64,000 nt of DNA, taken from assembly GCA_951406725.2 (NCBI GenBank), contig OX597834.1, positions 41,788,001 to 41,852,000 on the forward strand, in the 5' to 3' direction. The position numbers and the translations under genes were made by a program. Shown here piece by piece: positions 13,481 to 27,339 of the stretch (position 1 is the first letter of the stretch; the number at the start of each line of letters is the position of its first letter). The stretch comes from Octopus vulgaris (Eukaryota). The notes below the pieces were generated by a model, which worked only from the letters and a program-made list of their open reading frames with translations, had not been told where the DNA came from and ran no database searches.

Positions 13481-15246
13481 AGACAAAGTTCATATTTCAA
13501 GAATAAGACTGTTTGATGACAATTAGTTATCAAACAGATTGAGACGTAAATATCAGTTTTAAATTTTGGCACAAGGCCAGTAATTTTCAGGGGTGGGGGA
13601 AAATCATTATATTGACCCTAATGCTCAACTAGTACTTATTTCATTGACCCCGAAAGGATGAAAGGCAAAATGAAGCTTGGCAGAATTTGAACTCAAAACA
13701 TAAAGATAGAGGAAATGCTGCTAAGCATTTTGCCCCGTGAGCTAACGATTCTGCCAGCTTGCCGCCTTAAACTGAGACAAATATTAGTTTCTAAAATTGG
13801 TAAAGTGCCACAAATTTTAGAGAAGGGATTAAAACTGATTGACTCAACGCCCCCAGTACATGACTGATGCTTTATTTTACTGATCCTGGAACAACGAAAG
13901 ACAAATTTAACTTCAGTGGGACTTGATCTCAGTACATAAGAACCGGATATCGCACAGCATTTCGTCAACCAAGTCTGCCAATACACTACCAGGAAGTGAA
14001 GAATATTCAAGCATTTAGCATTCAGATTATTTCATCTAAAGTGATTCTCATTTATTCACATTGTCTTGAATTCATCAGGCATTATCGTCTCATAGCCTCA
14101 AGATTTTGAAGATGTGACTGTTTCGTTTTAGAATGATATTGTAGAGTAGATGTGAGAGGCTGGATCTGGCCAGCTTCAAAATAAAACAAGGGAGAATATT
14201 TGGGCCAGATATGGCTGGTTTAAATGCTAAAGGATTAAACAGGTTTCTGTCCCTAAAGATAAAGAACTTAATAATAGTATAGTAAAAGGAAAATATTGTG
14301 GCATCTAATTTTTAAATTTTACGCACTTACCTTTCTCTGTAGTAAGTAATATTATGCAAATTACCTCCAATTTTTGGGGGTTGTTTCAGTTTTACAGTTT
14401 TAAAGGAGTAAAATGGAGAGAAGGTGACCCCTACCAAAACCAGTCTAGGTCATATGGTACACTCTTAGCAATAATACAATATTACGATTCACCACCACCA
14501 CCAATCATTAAAACACTTTGAGGAAGATTTAATGGTAAAAGGTAGAACAAAGTTTGACAAGATTTCGAAATTTCCATTTGCTTCTCTGACACACTTATAA
14601 AAAAAACATACACACAGACATTCTTACATATGTAAAAGTGCACGTACACACACACACACACTCTTCCAAATAAGCAGAACATTGACATACAGTTTACCTT
14701 GAATGGCCAGTTCTAAAAGTGATTTCATCAAAGACGTGTGATTCTAGTTAATTCCTTTAAGAATAGGCATGTGCTGTTATTACTGAGGTTAGGCTGTGAG
14801 CACATGAACTAATTAGCAAAGATCACCAATCAAAAGGCTTTCCTCATTCAAAGAGACTTGTTAACTCCTTAACATAAACATATACTGTTAATTAAACACA
14901 CATTAGACAGCCATAATGCCTCATTTGAGGAGCCAAGGTAGAATTAAAATAACATTTCATCGTCATGTGTGTGTGTGTGTGTATATTTGTATGTGTGTAT
15001 ATATATATATATATATATGTTTTTTTTATTATTATTTGTTTCAGTCATTGTTTCAGTCATTTGACTGCGGCCTTTACTTGAACAAATCAACCCCAAGACT
15101 TATGCTTTGTAAGCCTAGTACTTAAGCTATCGGTCTCACCTGCCGAACTGCTACTTTCCAGGGACACAAACACACCAACATCGGTTGTCAAGCGATGAAG
15201 TGGCGACTAACACAGACACACATACCTATATATATATATCTATCTA

Positions 15247-15277
<31 letters not shown>

Positions 15278-15564
15278 GACGGGCTTCTATCAGTTTTCAT
15301 CTACCAAATGCACTTACGAGGCGTTGGTCGGCCTGAGACTATACACAAGACACTTGCCCAAGGTGCCATGCAGTGGGACTGAATCCGGAACCATGTGGTT
15401 GGTAGACAAACTACTTACCACACAGCCACTCCTGCACCTATATATATATATATCTTTATCTTTTACTTGTCTCAGACTGTGGCCATGCTGGGGCACTGCC
15501 TTGAAGAACTCTCAGTCAAATGAATCGATTCCATTACTCTATTTTTATTTTTTTGAAGCCTAGG

Positions 15565-15712
15565 ACACGGCAGGCTTCTTTCAGTTTCTATCTAACAAAT
15601 CCGCAAGAAGACACTTGCTCAAGGTGCCATGCAGTAGGAGTGAACCCAAAACCATGTGGTTGGAAAGCAAGCTTCTTACCACATAGCTACACCTGCACCT
15701 ATATACATACAT

Positions 15713-15751
<39 letters not shown>

Positions 15752-15872
15752 TGTGTGGTAAGAAGCTTGCTTTCCAACCACATGGTTTTGGGTTCACTCC
15801 TACTGCATGGCACCTTGAGCAAGTGTCCTCTTGTGGATTTGTTAGATAGAAACTGAAAGAAGCCTGTCGTGT
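15565..15872. repeat. Foldback inverted duplication of a deleted SINE A fragment
   Basis: Arms about 15565-15690 and 15748-15872 are near-perfect reverse complements around a (TA)n spacer. Confidence 0.9.
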
Positions 15873-16098
15873 GTGTGTCTCTGTTTGTCTTGTAGAACCA
15901 CTTAACAACTGGTGTTGTGCTTATGTTTTTGTAGCTTTGAGGTTTGGCAAAAGACCACACACAGAGGGGACAAACAAGGACAGACAAACGGATTAAGTCG
16001 ATTATATCGACCCCAGTGCATAACTGGCTCTCTCTCTATATATATATATGTATCGTATGTATGCACAGAGGCATGCATGCATTTATGCATTTCCTTCC

Positions 16099-16130
<32 letters not shown>

Positions 16131-16323
16131 ATGTAAATACACAGACATGCAAGTATATATATGTGTGTGTGTGTGTATATGTATATATATACAGTGCACC
16201 TGAGGACTGTATACAACAATTTCATTATTGTATATATATGTATGTATGTAGACATGCATATATATATATGCAACATGTATGTAGACATGTACATATATAT
16301 ACACACACACACACATGCATGCA

Positions 16324-16363
<40 letters not shown>

Positions 16364-17405
16364 TAAGTAGATAGATAGATATATTGAGACAGAGAGAGAG
16401 AAAGGGAGACCCTCCCCACATCCAACTCCCTTACCAACTAGCCGACAGTCCCAGCTACCCACAATTACAATGACCTGACAGCAAAGCCTGTCTTATACAT
16501 AAACAATTCAGGTTATCCACAACATAAAAATAATACGGGGGGGGGGACCAGAAAAGACACACACAGAGGCATCAGGAAGTTCTTAGCTTAATGGTAGAGA
16601 ATGTTCAACTCAAATCTGAGACATACAGGGTTCGATTCTCTGTAGAGCTTGCTGACCACTTTAGGCACAGGCGTGGCTGCGTGGCAAAAGGTTTTCTTCC
16701 CAACCACATGGTCCTGGGTTCAGTCCCACTGCGTGGCACCTTGGACAAGTGTCTTCTTCAGTAGCCTTGGGTTGACCAAAGCCTTGTCAGTGGATTTGGT
16801 AGATGGAAACTGAAAGAAGTCTAGCAGTGGCATTGGCAGTGGAGGCGGTTGTGGCATAGGGAGTATCAGTGCTAGTGGTAGTGGTGGACTGAAGTACTGC
16901 TTGAACTTGTGTAAGGAGAGTGACAGTGGCAGTGGTGGTGGCAGTGGCAGAGGTTCCTTAGTTCCAAGTCAGGACTGACCAAACAGACTGAAGGCGTGTG
17001 TGTGGAGTTTTCTTTGAGACCGTAAAGGTGTGATTTGAGGGAGGGAAACTGGCTGCTATTTCTAGCAGGTTGAGTGACCACTGGTGGTTTCAGCTGTGAC
17101 GTGGTGGTGGTGGCTGTAATGGTGATGGTGTCAGTAGCGGTGAAGGTGATGGTGGTAGTTTGTAGTGCAGGTGTTGTAGTAGCAAAGGTGACATGTGCAC
17201 AAATAGAAATAGTAGTAGTGGTGGTGGTGGTGGTACCGCTATTAAAAGTGGTGGTAGTGATAGTGTTAGTAAAGGTGGTAGTAGTAGCAGTATGATGGTA
17301 TCAGTGGTTTTTATATATATGTATGTATGTAGACATGCATATATTATATATGCAACATGTATGTAGACATGTACATATATATACACACACACACACATGC
17401 ATGCA

Positions 17406-17444
<39 letters not shown>

Positions 17445-18201
17445 TAGATAGATAGTAGTGGTATTGAGACAGAGAGAGAGAAAGGAGACCCTCCCCACAT
17501 CCAACTCCCTTACCAGACTAGCCGACAGTCCCAGCTACCCACAATTACAATGACCTGACGGCCAATTAGATGTTTCTTTCCTATTTCTTCCTTCTCGTTT
17601 CTAAGAAAAGCACTTTTGACCTTATGATGATGATGATGGTTATTATAACAACAACAACAACAACAACAGTAGGCGTGGCTGTGTGGTAAGGAGTTTGGGG
17701 GTTACATCCCAACCACATAGTTCTGGGTTTAGTCCCACTGCATGTCTTCTACTATTGCCCCAGCTTGTCAGTGGATTTGGTAGATGGAAACTGAAAGAAG
17801 TCTAGCAGTGGCATTGGCAGTGGAGGCGGTTGTGGCATAGGGAGTATCAGTGCTAGTGGTAGTGGTGGAGGTGGTACTAGTGGTGATGGTGGAAGTGGTA
17901 GTGGCAGTGGTGGTGGCAGTGGCAGAGGTTCCTTAGTTCCAAGTCAGGACTGACCAAACAGACTGAAGGCGTGTGTGTGGAGTTTTCTTTGAGACCGTTC
18001 AGGAGTCAATTAAATAAGTACCAGTTACGCACTGGGGTCGATGTAATCAACTTAATCCTTTTGTCTGTCCGTGTTTGTCTCCTCTATGTTTAGCCCCTTG
18101 TGGGCAATAAAGAAATAAGAAACCCATCATATGTGTGTGTGTGTACATATATATAAATGTATATATATAAATATACATATATACACGTGTCTGCATATGT
18201 G

Positions 18202-18235
<34 letters not shown>

Positions 18236-18999
18236 CATGTATGTATATATGTATGTATATGTGTGTGTGTGTATATATATATATGTATGTATGTGTGTGT
18301 GTCTGTCTATGTGTGTTTGTGTGTGGCTTTGTGTCTGTGTTTGTCACCCACCAGTACTTGACAGCTGGTGTTGGTTTGTTTACATCCACGTAAATTAGCA
18401 GTTCAGCAAAGCGAGCAATGGGATAAGTACCAAGTATAATAACAATGATGATGATGATGATGATGATGACGATGATTTCATTTATTGGTCACAAGGGCTC
18501 AAGACACAACACACAAAGCAGGTGGAGTTGACATCCATCAAAAGGAGACACTTACAACATTGAAGGATATGACAAACAATACACTGTAAAGTAGGCGTGG
18601 CTGTGTGGCAAAAGAGACCGATAGAATAAGTACTGGGCTTACAAAAGATTCTGGGTTTAGTCCCACTGCATGTCTTCTACTATTGCCACAGCTGTCATGA
18701 GTGGATTTTGCAGATGGAAACTGAAAGAAACCCATCATATAGCAGGGCAGTCAACTTAGAGTACTCTGGGGGGGGGGGGTGAACCCCCATGCAAAAGACC
18801 CAGATTACTCTGCCATCTCCAAGGCATGGAAAGTGCCATCTTCCAGCCCCTTTCCTCCTACTTAGCAAAGCATGCTCAGAGTAGATCCATTCTGTCTCAC
18901 CAGCCATGCCACTCTCGTCTACCTTTCAGTGAACACACCAGAAGGCAGCACCTCCCTCTCTACTTTCACTTTCCTAATAATAGTAATAACACTCTTTCA

Positions 19000-19229
19000 C
19001 TCTTTTAATTCAGTCATTTGACTGTCGCCCTACTGGAGCACCACCTTTTTAGTTGAGCAAATCGACCCCAGGACTTATTCTTTGTAAGCCTAGTACTTAT
19101 TCTATCGGTCTCTTTTGCTGAACTGCTAAGTTATGGGGACGTAAACACACCAGCATCGGTTGTCAAGTGATGTTGCGGGGGATAAACACAGACACACAAA
19201 CATTTACACACACACACACATACACACAA

Positions 19230-19296
<67 letters not shown>

Positions 19297-19462
19297 TACA
19301 ACGGTCTTCTTTCAGTTTCTGTCTACCAAATCCACTCACAAGGCTTTGGTCGGCCCGAGGCTATAGTAGAAGACACTTGCCCAAGGTACCACACAGTGGG
19401 ACTGAACCCAGAACCATGTGGTTCGTAAGCAAGCTACTTACCACACAGCCATTCCTATGCCT
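19000..19462 (-). mobile_element. SINE family A copy
   Basis: Reverse-complement match to family A. Confidence 0.88.
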
Positions 19463-19465
19463 ATG

Positions 19466-19500
<35 letters not shown>

Positions 19501-20100
19501 TCTTTTTATTGGCCACAAGGGCTAATATAAATCAAAACCTTAAAGGACAACACAAGACGATATACAAAGGGTTCTGCAAAAAAAATTTTTTAAATAATAA
19601 TAATAATACCAACAACAACAATTCCACACAACAAACGCCACACACATCAGAACAAAAGCTAATACAACAACAAATAAAAAAAACTAAAGCCCATAAAACA
19701 AACTTATGCAGTACACCAACAGGAGGAGCCTACACTCCCCCCCAATCCCCACCAATCCCCACAAAAATGGGAACACAATACTGCACACACCCCAGGAACA
19801 CAGAGGTGCACCAGGTGGTGCAGGAGAAACTCGCATGAAACTACCAAACAAAAACAGAATATTGATCCTAACAACAACAACGATAATAGTAACAGCATTA
19901 AAAATAATTATAATAATAATAATGATAATAATGATAATAATAATAATAATAATGATAATAATAAAAGCTAATACAACAACAAATAAAAAAAACTAAAGCC
20001 CATAAAACAAACTGCAGTACACCAACAGGAGGAGCCCACACTCCCCCGCCCTCCCCCAATCCCCACAAAAATTCACAACGATAATAGTAACAGCATTAAA

Positions 20101-20480
<380 letters not shown>

Positions 20481-20966
20481 AGGAAGACGAAATATAATAA
20501 AGAGAATGGAAATAAAAGTAATTAAATAAGTAAACAAACAGTTGCTATTGGCAACAGATATCAATGCTGATGACCGTTTACATAAATAATTGAACCAAAC
20601 CACCTGAACACGGTATTGATTAGATAGATAGGTCTGTCTGTGAGTGATTCTGCGTGGGAGAAAGGGTATGTGGGTGCATGGTGCATGTATGTGTATGTGT
20701 GTGTATGTATGTGTGTGTGTGTGTATATATAAGCATGTACGTGTACCATAATCATTATCATGATATTGGCTTTTCTATACTGATGGGAGCTGGATCGATC
20801 CATTTCAATAAACTGTCTCCCTTTTTTTAGAGGTTTGTTTTTTTTATTATTTTGTTGTCTTCTTCTATGGGACCCAGCATCCTGAGATAAGCCATCACTG
20901 TCTGCCTGCAATTTTTTTGCTCTCTCTCTCTCTCTTATGTACGTATGTATGCATATATATATATAT

Positions 20967-21359
20967 AGGTGCAGGAGTGGTTGTGTGGTAAGTAGCTTGC
21001 TAACCAACCACATGGTTTCGGGTTCAGTCCCACTGCGTGGCATCTTGAGCAAGTGTCTTCTGCTATAGCCCCGGGCCGACCAATGCCTTGTGAGTGGATT
21101 TGGTAGACGGAAACTGAAAGAAGCCTCTCGTATATATGTGTGTGTGTGTGTGTTTGTCCCCCTAGCATTGCTTGACAACCGATGCTGGTGTCTTAACGTT
21201 CCCGTCACTTAGCGGTTCGGCAAAAAGAGACCGATAGAATAAGTACTGGGCTTACAAAAGGAATAAGTCCCGGGGTCGATTTGCTCGACTAAAGGCGGTG
21301 CTCCAGCATGGCCACAGTCAAATGACTGAAACAAGTAAAAGAGTAAAAAGAGTAAAGAG
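20967..21359 (+). mobile_element. SINE family A copy
   Basis: Full-length match, head to tail. Confidence 0.9.
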
Positions 21360-21556
21360 TATATATATATATATTGCAAAAACTTTGTAGACAGAAACTG
21401 TCTGACAGGAGCTGGCTAGCCAGAAGCCTGCACGACACTTCTGTCTGTTTTTGGCATGGTTTTTCACAGCTGGATGCCCTTCCAAATGCTAACCACTTTA
21501 AAGTGTGGACTGGGTGCCTTTTAAGTGGCATCTGCACTGGCAGGGTCATATATATA

Positions 21557-21595
<39 letters not shown>

Positions 21596-21599
<4 letters not shown>

Positions 21600-21817
21600 C
21601 TTTACTACCCACAAGGGGCTAAACACAGAGGAGACAAACAAGGACAGACAAACGGATTAAGTCGATTACATCAACCCCAGTGCGTAACTGGTACTTAATT
21701 TATCGACCCTGGAAAGATCGAAGGCAAAGTCGACCTCGGCGGAACTTAAACTCAGAACGTAACGGCAGACGAAATACGGCAACGCATTTCGCCCGGCATG
21801 CTAACGATTCTGCCAGC
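21596..21817 (-). mobile_element. SINE family B copy
   Basis: Reverse-complement match to 3903-4123. Confidence 0.85.
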
Positions 21818-22101
21818 AAATAAGAAAATCAAGCTGATACAAAACAACATACATCATCTGGTAGACACACTGGAATGTCTACCGGATGATGTATGCCGTC
21901 TTATATTCTCTGCATTTTCTTATTTGCCATATAAATTAAGGGTAAGCCACTTGTTTACTCCTGCCCATATATGACACTCAATTGCGAGATTGCCACGCAA
22001 TAACTAGCATCTGGGTATGAATAATTGAGTACACTACCAGCAGTATATTGGATAGGTATTATCCCTTAGTTGGTTGGTTTCCCAACCTCTAACTCTCACA
22101 G

Positions 22102-22138
<37 letters not shown>

Positions 22139-22240
22139 TATACCGGAGTAAACACATAAATGTGAAACAAAGTGGAAAAAAGAGTACTCAAATACCAGTG
22201 GTAGAGTAATATCCTTTATTTAAAGCAGCAGAAAATTCAA

Positions 22241-22290
22241 CAAAACCTGTTACTCTGAGTTTCACGTTGCCGTTCATCGGACAGTTTTTG
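22241..22290 (-). ncRNA. Minimal type I hammerhead ribozyme candidate (Penelope-like), core variant CCGAUGA
   Basis: Minus strand CTGT-CCGATGA-ACG(GCAA)CGT-GAAA-CTC(A)GAG-TA-ACAG: stems I, II (GNRA loop) and III all pair; GUA cleavage triplet; overlaps a perfect 52-bp inverted repeat. Confidence 0.6.
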
Positions 22291-23312
22291 CTCGTGAAAC
22301 TCAGAGTAACAGGTTTTGTTGAATTTTCTGCTGCTTTAAATAAAATATATATATATATATATTCTTTTCTACTCTAGGCATGAGGCTCAAAATTTGGGGG
22401 TAGGGGGTTAGATGATAAGATCGACCCCAGTAGGCAACTGGTACTTAATTTATCGACCCTGAAAGAATGAAAGGCAAAGTCGACCTCAGTGGAATTTGAA
22501 CTCAGAACATAAAGACAGACAAAATACCGCTAAGCATTTCAACCAGAATGCTAACGTTTCTGCAAGACATACAGAGGAAAGAGTTGACCAAGAACCCAAA
22601 GGCCAAAGAAAATGTCTCAAATCATGTGGAGAACTGTCATGTAGGCATTGACTCTACTAGAACTAGCAGCCAAATCACCCTCAGATCTCATACCTAATGT
22701 GTTACAAAAAAAAAAAAAAAAGAAGGATTCATTAAATAATGTAGTGTTGCATACACAAAGTCTGAATAGCAGATGGAAATGTCACAGCTGGAATGCTTTT
22801 TACAAAGATAAATCTACTGGATCAGGCCTGACCTGCATAAACTAAATAACAACTAATACTACAACACACACACACACACATAATTAGTGAATAAAATTAG
22901 CACACATATACAGACACACAAAAATATAAACTTTCTAAAGAAAAGATATGTAAGTGGAACAGCGAAGGGGGTAGTAGGTTGGGGGTAGGGCAGCAGTTTA
23001 AATATGTGGTTTTTAATAAAATCCTGCAAATCTAGAACAAGTATTATCATCATAACCATCATCATCATCATCAGTTTAATGTTCGTTTTTCTGTGGTTGC
23101 ATAGGACAGATGGAATGTTGTTGAGGCAGATTTTCTATGGCTGGAGGATGCCTTTCCTGTCACCAACCCTCGTTTGCTGTTACTGAGCTGGGTAGATATT
23201 TCCCCTCAGCTAGACATGTCTCACATGAACAATATTGTTTGTATGATGATGACAGTCATATCTGCAAGCCTCGTGGGTTGGCAGTGCACGGGCAAACATA
23301 CACATGTGTACT

Positions 23313-23347
<35 letters not shown>

Positions 23348-24932
23348 TCACACACACACATACGCATACTCACATACCCACTCACTCACACGCGCACTCA
23401 CCTGTACATACATTCACACATACAGACATACACTCATATACACATACATGCACTCACAAGTATACACACACACACACACATGTACACAGACATATACTCT
23501 CTCTCACACACACACATACATACACATGATGGGCTTCCTTCAGTTTCCACCTACCACATCAACTTAGAAGTCTAAATCAAAACCTTCCATCAAAATTCCT
23601 TATTAATTTATGTTCCAAACACCTGTTTAACCCTTTGGTGTTTAAACTGGCCAAATCTGGCCCAATATATTCTACATGTTTTATATTCAAACTGGCCATA
23701 TCTAGCCTCTCACACCTAACCTACAATGTCATTCTGAAAATAAACAATTACATCGTTGAAACCTCAAAGCTATAAGATAATGCATGATTAATTCAAAACA
23801 ATTTAAATAAAAAAAAGCATTACACTTAACAGAGTAATCTGAACACTAAAAGGTTAATATTTATAGTTATTTTCCTAGATCATTCGTTATTTTCAAAATT
23901 AAAGTCAACGAAGGTTGTGTATTCCGACAGAAATATCGTAACAAAAGGGTTCGAATATCAGCTAACTTATCTCTTGCATACACTTTGCATGTCTGAGTGA
24001 AACTCTGAGTAACAAAGGAATAAAATCACAGATTCTCATATATTAAGTGCTCTTTTGTTTCATTCGAACACACAAACATGGACATGTGTGTGTGAGAGAG
24101 CATATAGATATATATATGTATGTATAGGTATGTCCATGTGTGTGTGTGTGTGTGTGTATGTATGCATGTATATAAACTGCTTCTATACAGGAAGCTGGCT
24201 CCTGGTCAAAACTTTAGATACAGGAATCAATGCATAAAATATAATAATCATGTGATGGAAATGATGGTGGTGGTGGTGGTGGTGGTGGTGGTCCAGGCTG
24301 TAGTTCACTTTAGTGATAATAGTACTTGTTGTGTTAGAGGTGGTAGTATTGGTTGTGGTAGCAATAGTAGTGTAGGTTGTGATAGTGGCAGTGTTAATTG
24401 CAGAAGTGGTTGCAGTGCTCGTTGCAGTACCAATAATGATTTGGGTTGAGGTAGTGGTGGTAGTGCTGGTATTTGTGCAAGTTTTGTAGTTATGATGATG
24501 GTGATGGTGTTGGTGGTGGTGTTGTTGGTGGTGGTGGTGGTGGTAGTTTCGGTGGTGATGGCTTTGGTGGTGATGGTTAATGTTGGTAATGATAATAATA
24601 ATAATAATAACTTCAGATTTTAGCACAAGGCCGGCAATTTCGAGGGAGAAGGAGTAAGTTGATTGCATTGACCCCCCCCCCCCTACCCCAGCACTCAACT
24701 GGTACTTAATTTCATCAACCCTGAAAGGATGAAAGACAAAGCCAACCTAAGCAGAATTTGAACTCGAAATGTAAAGACTAACGAAATGCTGCAAAATTTC
24801 GGAGGAAAGCACAAGCCAATTACGTTGACCCCAGTAATCAACTGGTACTTGTTTCATCAACCCCCAAAAGGATGAAAGGTAAAGTCCACCTCGGCAGAAT
24901 TTCAACTCAGAACATAAAGATGGACAAAATAC

Positions 24933-25128
24933 TCTTTTACTTGTTTCAGTCATTTAACTGCGGCCATGCTGGAGGACCACCTTTAGTCGAGCAAATCGAC
25001 CCCGGGACTTATTCTTTGTAAGCCCAGTACTTATTCTATCGGTCTCTTTTGCCGAACCGCTAAGTGACGGGGACGTAAACACACCCACATCGGTTGTCAA
25101 GCAATGCTAGGGGGACAAACACAGACAC

Positions 25129-25165
<37 letters not shown>

Positions 25166-25305
25166 TACGATGGGCTTCTTTCAGTTTCCGTCTACCACAT
25201 CCACTCACAAGGCATTGGTCGGCCCGGGGCTATAGTAGAAGACACTTGCCCAAGGTGCCACGCAGTGGGACTGAACCCGGAACCATGTGGTTGGTTAGCA
25301 AGCTG
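24933..25305 (-). mobile_element. SINE family A copy
   Basis: Reverse-complement match; extreme 5' end missing; sits within family B sequence. Confidence 0.85.
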
Positions 25306-26241
25306 CTAAACATTTTGCCCAGCATGCTAACAATTCTGTCGTCTCACTACCTTAACAATCCATTGTAGTATAGGCACAAGGCCTGACATTTGAGGAAGAG
25401 GGACTAGTGCCAGTCGAGGCAGGGGAGGGAATGGTAATAATGGTTTCAAATTTTGCTAAAAGGGCAGCCATTTTGGTGGGGAGAGAATTGTTGATTACAT
25501 TGACCCCAGTGTTTCACTGGTACTTAATTTATTGACTCCCGAAAGGATGAAAAGCAAAGTCAACCTCAGCAGAATTTGAAATCAGAAAAGAGCAATGGGC
25601 AAAATACTTATTTCTTTATTGCCCACAAGAGGCTAAACATAGAGGGGACAAACAAGGACAGACAAAGGCATTAAGTCGATTATATCGACCCCAGTGCGTA
25701 ACTGCTACTTAATTTATCGACCCTGAAAGGATGAAAGACAAAGTCAACCTCAGCGGAATTTGAACTCAGAACGTAAAGACAGATGAAGACCGCTAAGCAT
25801 TTCACCCAGGCGTGCTAACGTTTCTGCCAGCTCGCTGACGGGCAAAATACCGCTAAGTGTTTCGTCCAGTGTGCTAACGATTCTACCAGCTCACCACCTT
25901 AATAATAATAACATAATAATAACGAGCATTCAGTGAGTGCAAACCTCCGCCAACACAACACCAATGTCCTCTTAACGATTAACTGGAGATGATTTTTAAA
26001 CTGAGAATATCTGAAATATAATCCTTCAATGAATATCATGAGACCTTTTAGTTTTCTCTTCTCTTAAATTCTGGTCTTCCTTTAGTAATCCTGTTGTTTT
26101 AGATCGATGTATAGAACTATGTATATATGTAAGTATACTGCAATGTGTTAAAATGTATGTATAATCTCCTAATATATTAATGAGCATTGTCTTTTTATAT
26201 ATTAGCACAGATATACATATATATATATGTGTGTGTGTGTG

Positions 26242-26284
<43 letters not shown>

Positions 26285-26551
26285 GAGCCGGAATGAGAGG
26301 TGTGAAGGTAGAGAAGATAAAGTGTTGTATGAATGAGAAAGGAAGGGGTGATGGATGAATAATGAGGGAAGGAGTGAAAAAAATCAATAAACAGCATTTG
26401 AAGTGTGTGTATAGGTGTGTATGTAAAAGAGAGGTATGTTTACATGTGTGTGTGTGTACAATGGAAATGGGATGGTAATGTCCAACGCTGAAAGTGTATA
26501 TGTGTATATGTGTGTACAAGAGAACTATGTGAAACTTTGCATATACATATT

Positions 26552-26771
26552 ACTCTTTTTTACTCTTTTACTTGTTTCAGTCATTTGACTGCGGCCATGC
26601 TGGAGCACCGCCTTTAGTCGAGCAAATCAACCCCGGGACTTATTCTTTTGTAAGCCCAGTACTTATTCTATCAGTCTCTTTTGCCGAACCGCTAAGTGAC
26701 GGGGACGAAAACACACCAGCATCGGTTGTCAAGCAATGCTAGGGGGACAAACACACACACACCACACACAT

Positions 26772-26817
<46 letters not shown>

Positions 26818-26957
26818 GACAGGTTTCTTTCAGTTTCCGTCTACCAAATCCACTCACAAGGCATTGGTCGGCCTGGGGCTATAGCAGAAGACACTTGCCC
26901 AAGATGCCACACAGTGGGACTGAACCCGGAACCATGTAGTTGGTTAGCAAGCTACTA
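26552..26957 (-). mobile_element. SINE family A copy
   Basis: Reverse-complement match to family A. Confidence 0.88.
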
Positions 26958-27151
26958 GGGAAAACAATCCAAAAATCCTTGTCCAGTACCGGATCGATCC
27001 CAAAATCTAATCAGTTTGTGTCAGTCACGAGGCCAAACATTTCTGAAAGTTTCATCTGAATCTATCTGCCAGTTCTTGAGATATCATCTTGTCCACGGAC
27101 AAACAAACAAACATGACTGAAAACAATACCTCCGCCTTAGTGAAGGCGGAT

Positions 27152-27196
<45 letters not shown>

Positions 27197-27339
27197 GTAA
27201 TACTGATTTCAAATGTTGGCACAAGGCCAGCAATTTCGAAGAAAGGGTTAAGTCAATTATATAGAACCCTGTGCTCAAAGCACTGATTTTATCGACCTCC
27301 AAAAGGATGAATGCCTAAGTCCACCTCGGCAGAATGGTA

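Noticed and set aside
25094-25309. Recurring ORF family ...YDGLLSVSVYQIHSQG...CPRCHAVGLNPEPCGW resembling a multigene family
   Set aside because: Antisense translation of SINE family A; the frame differs between copies and the element has Pol III A/B boxes.
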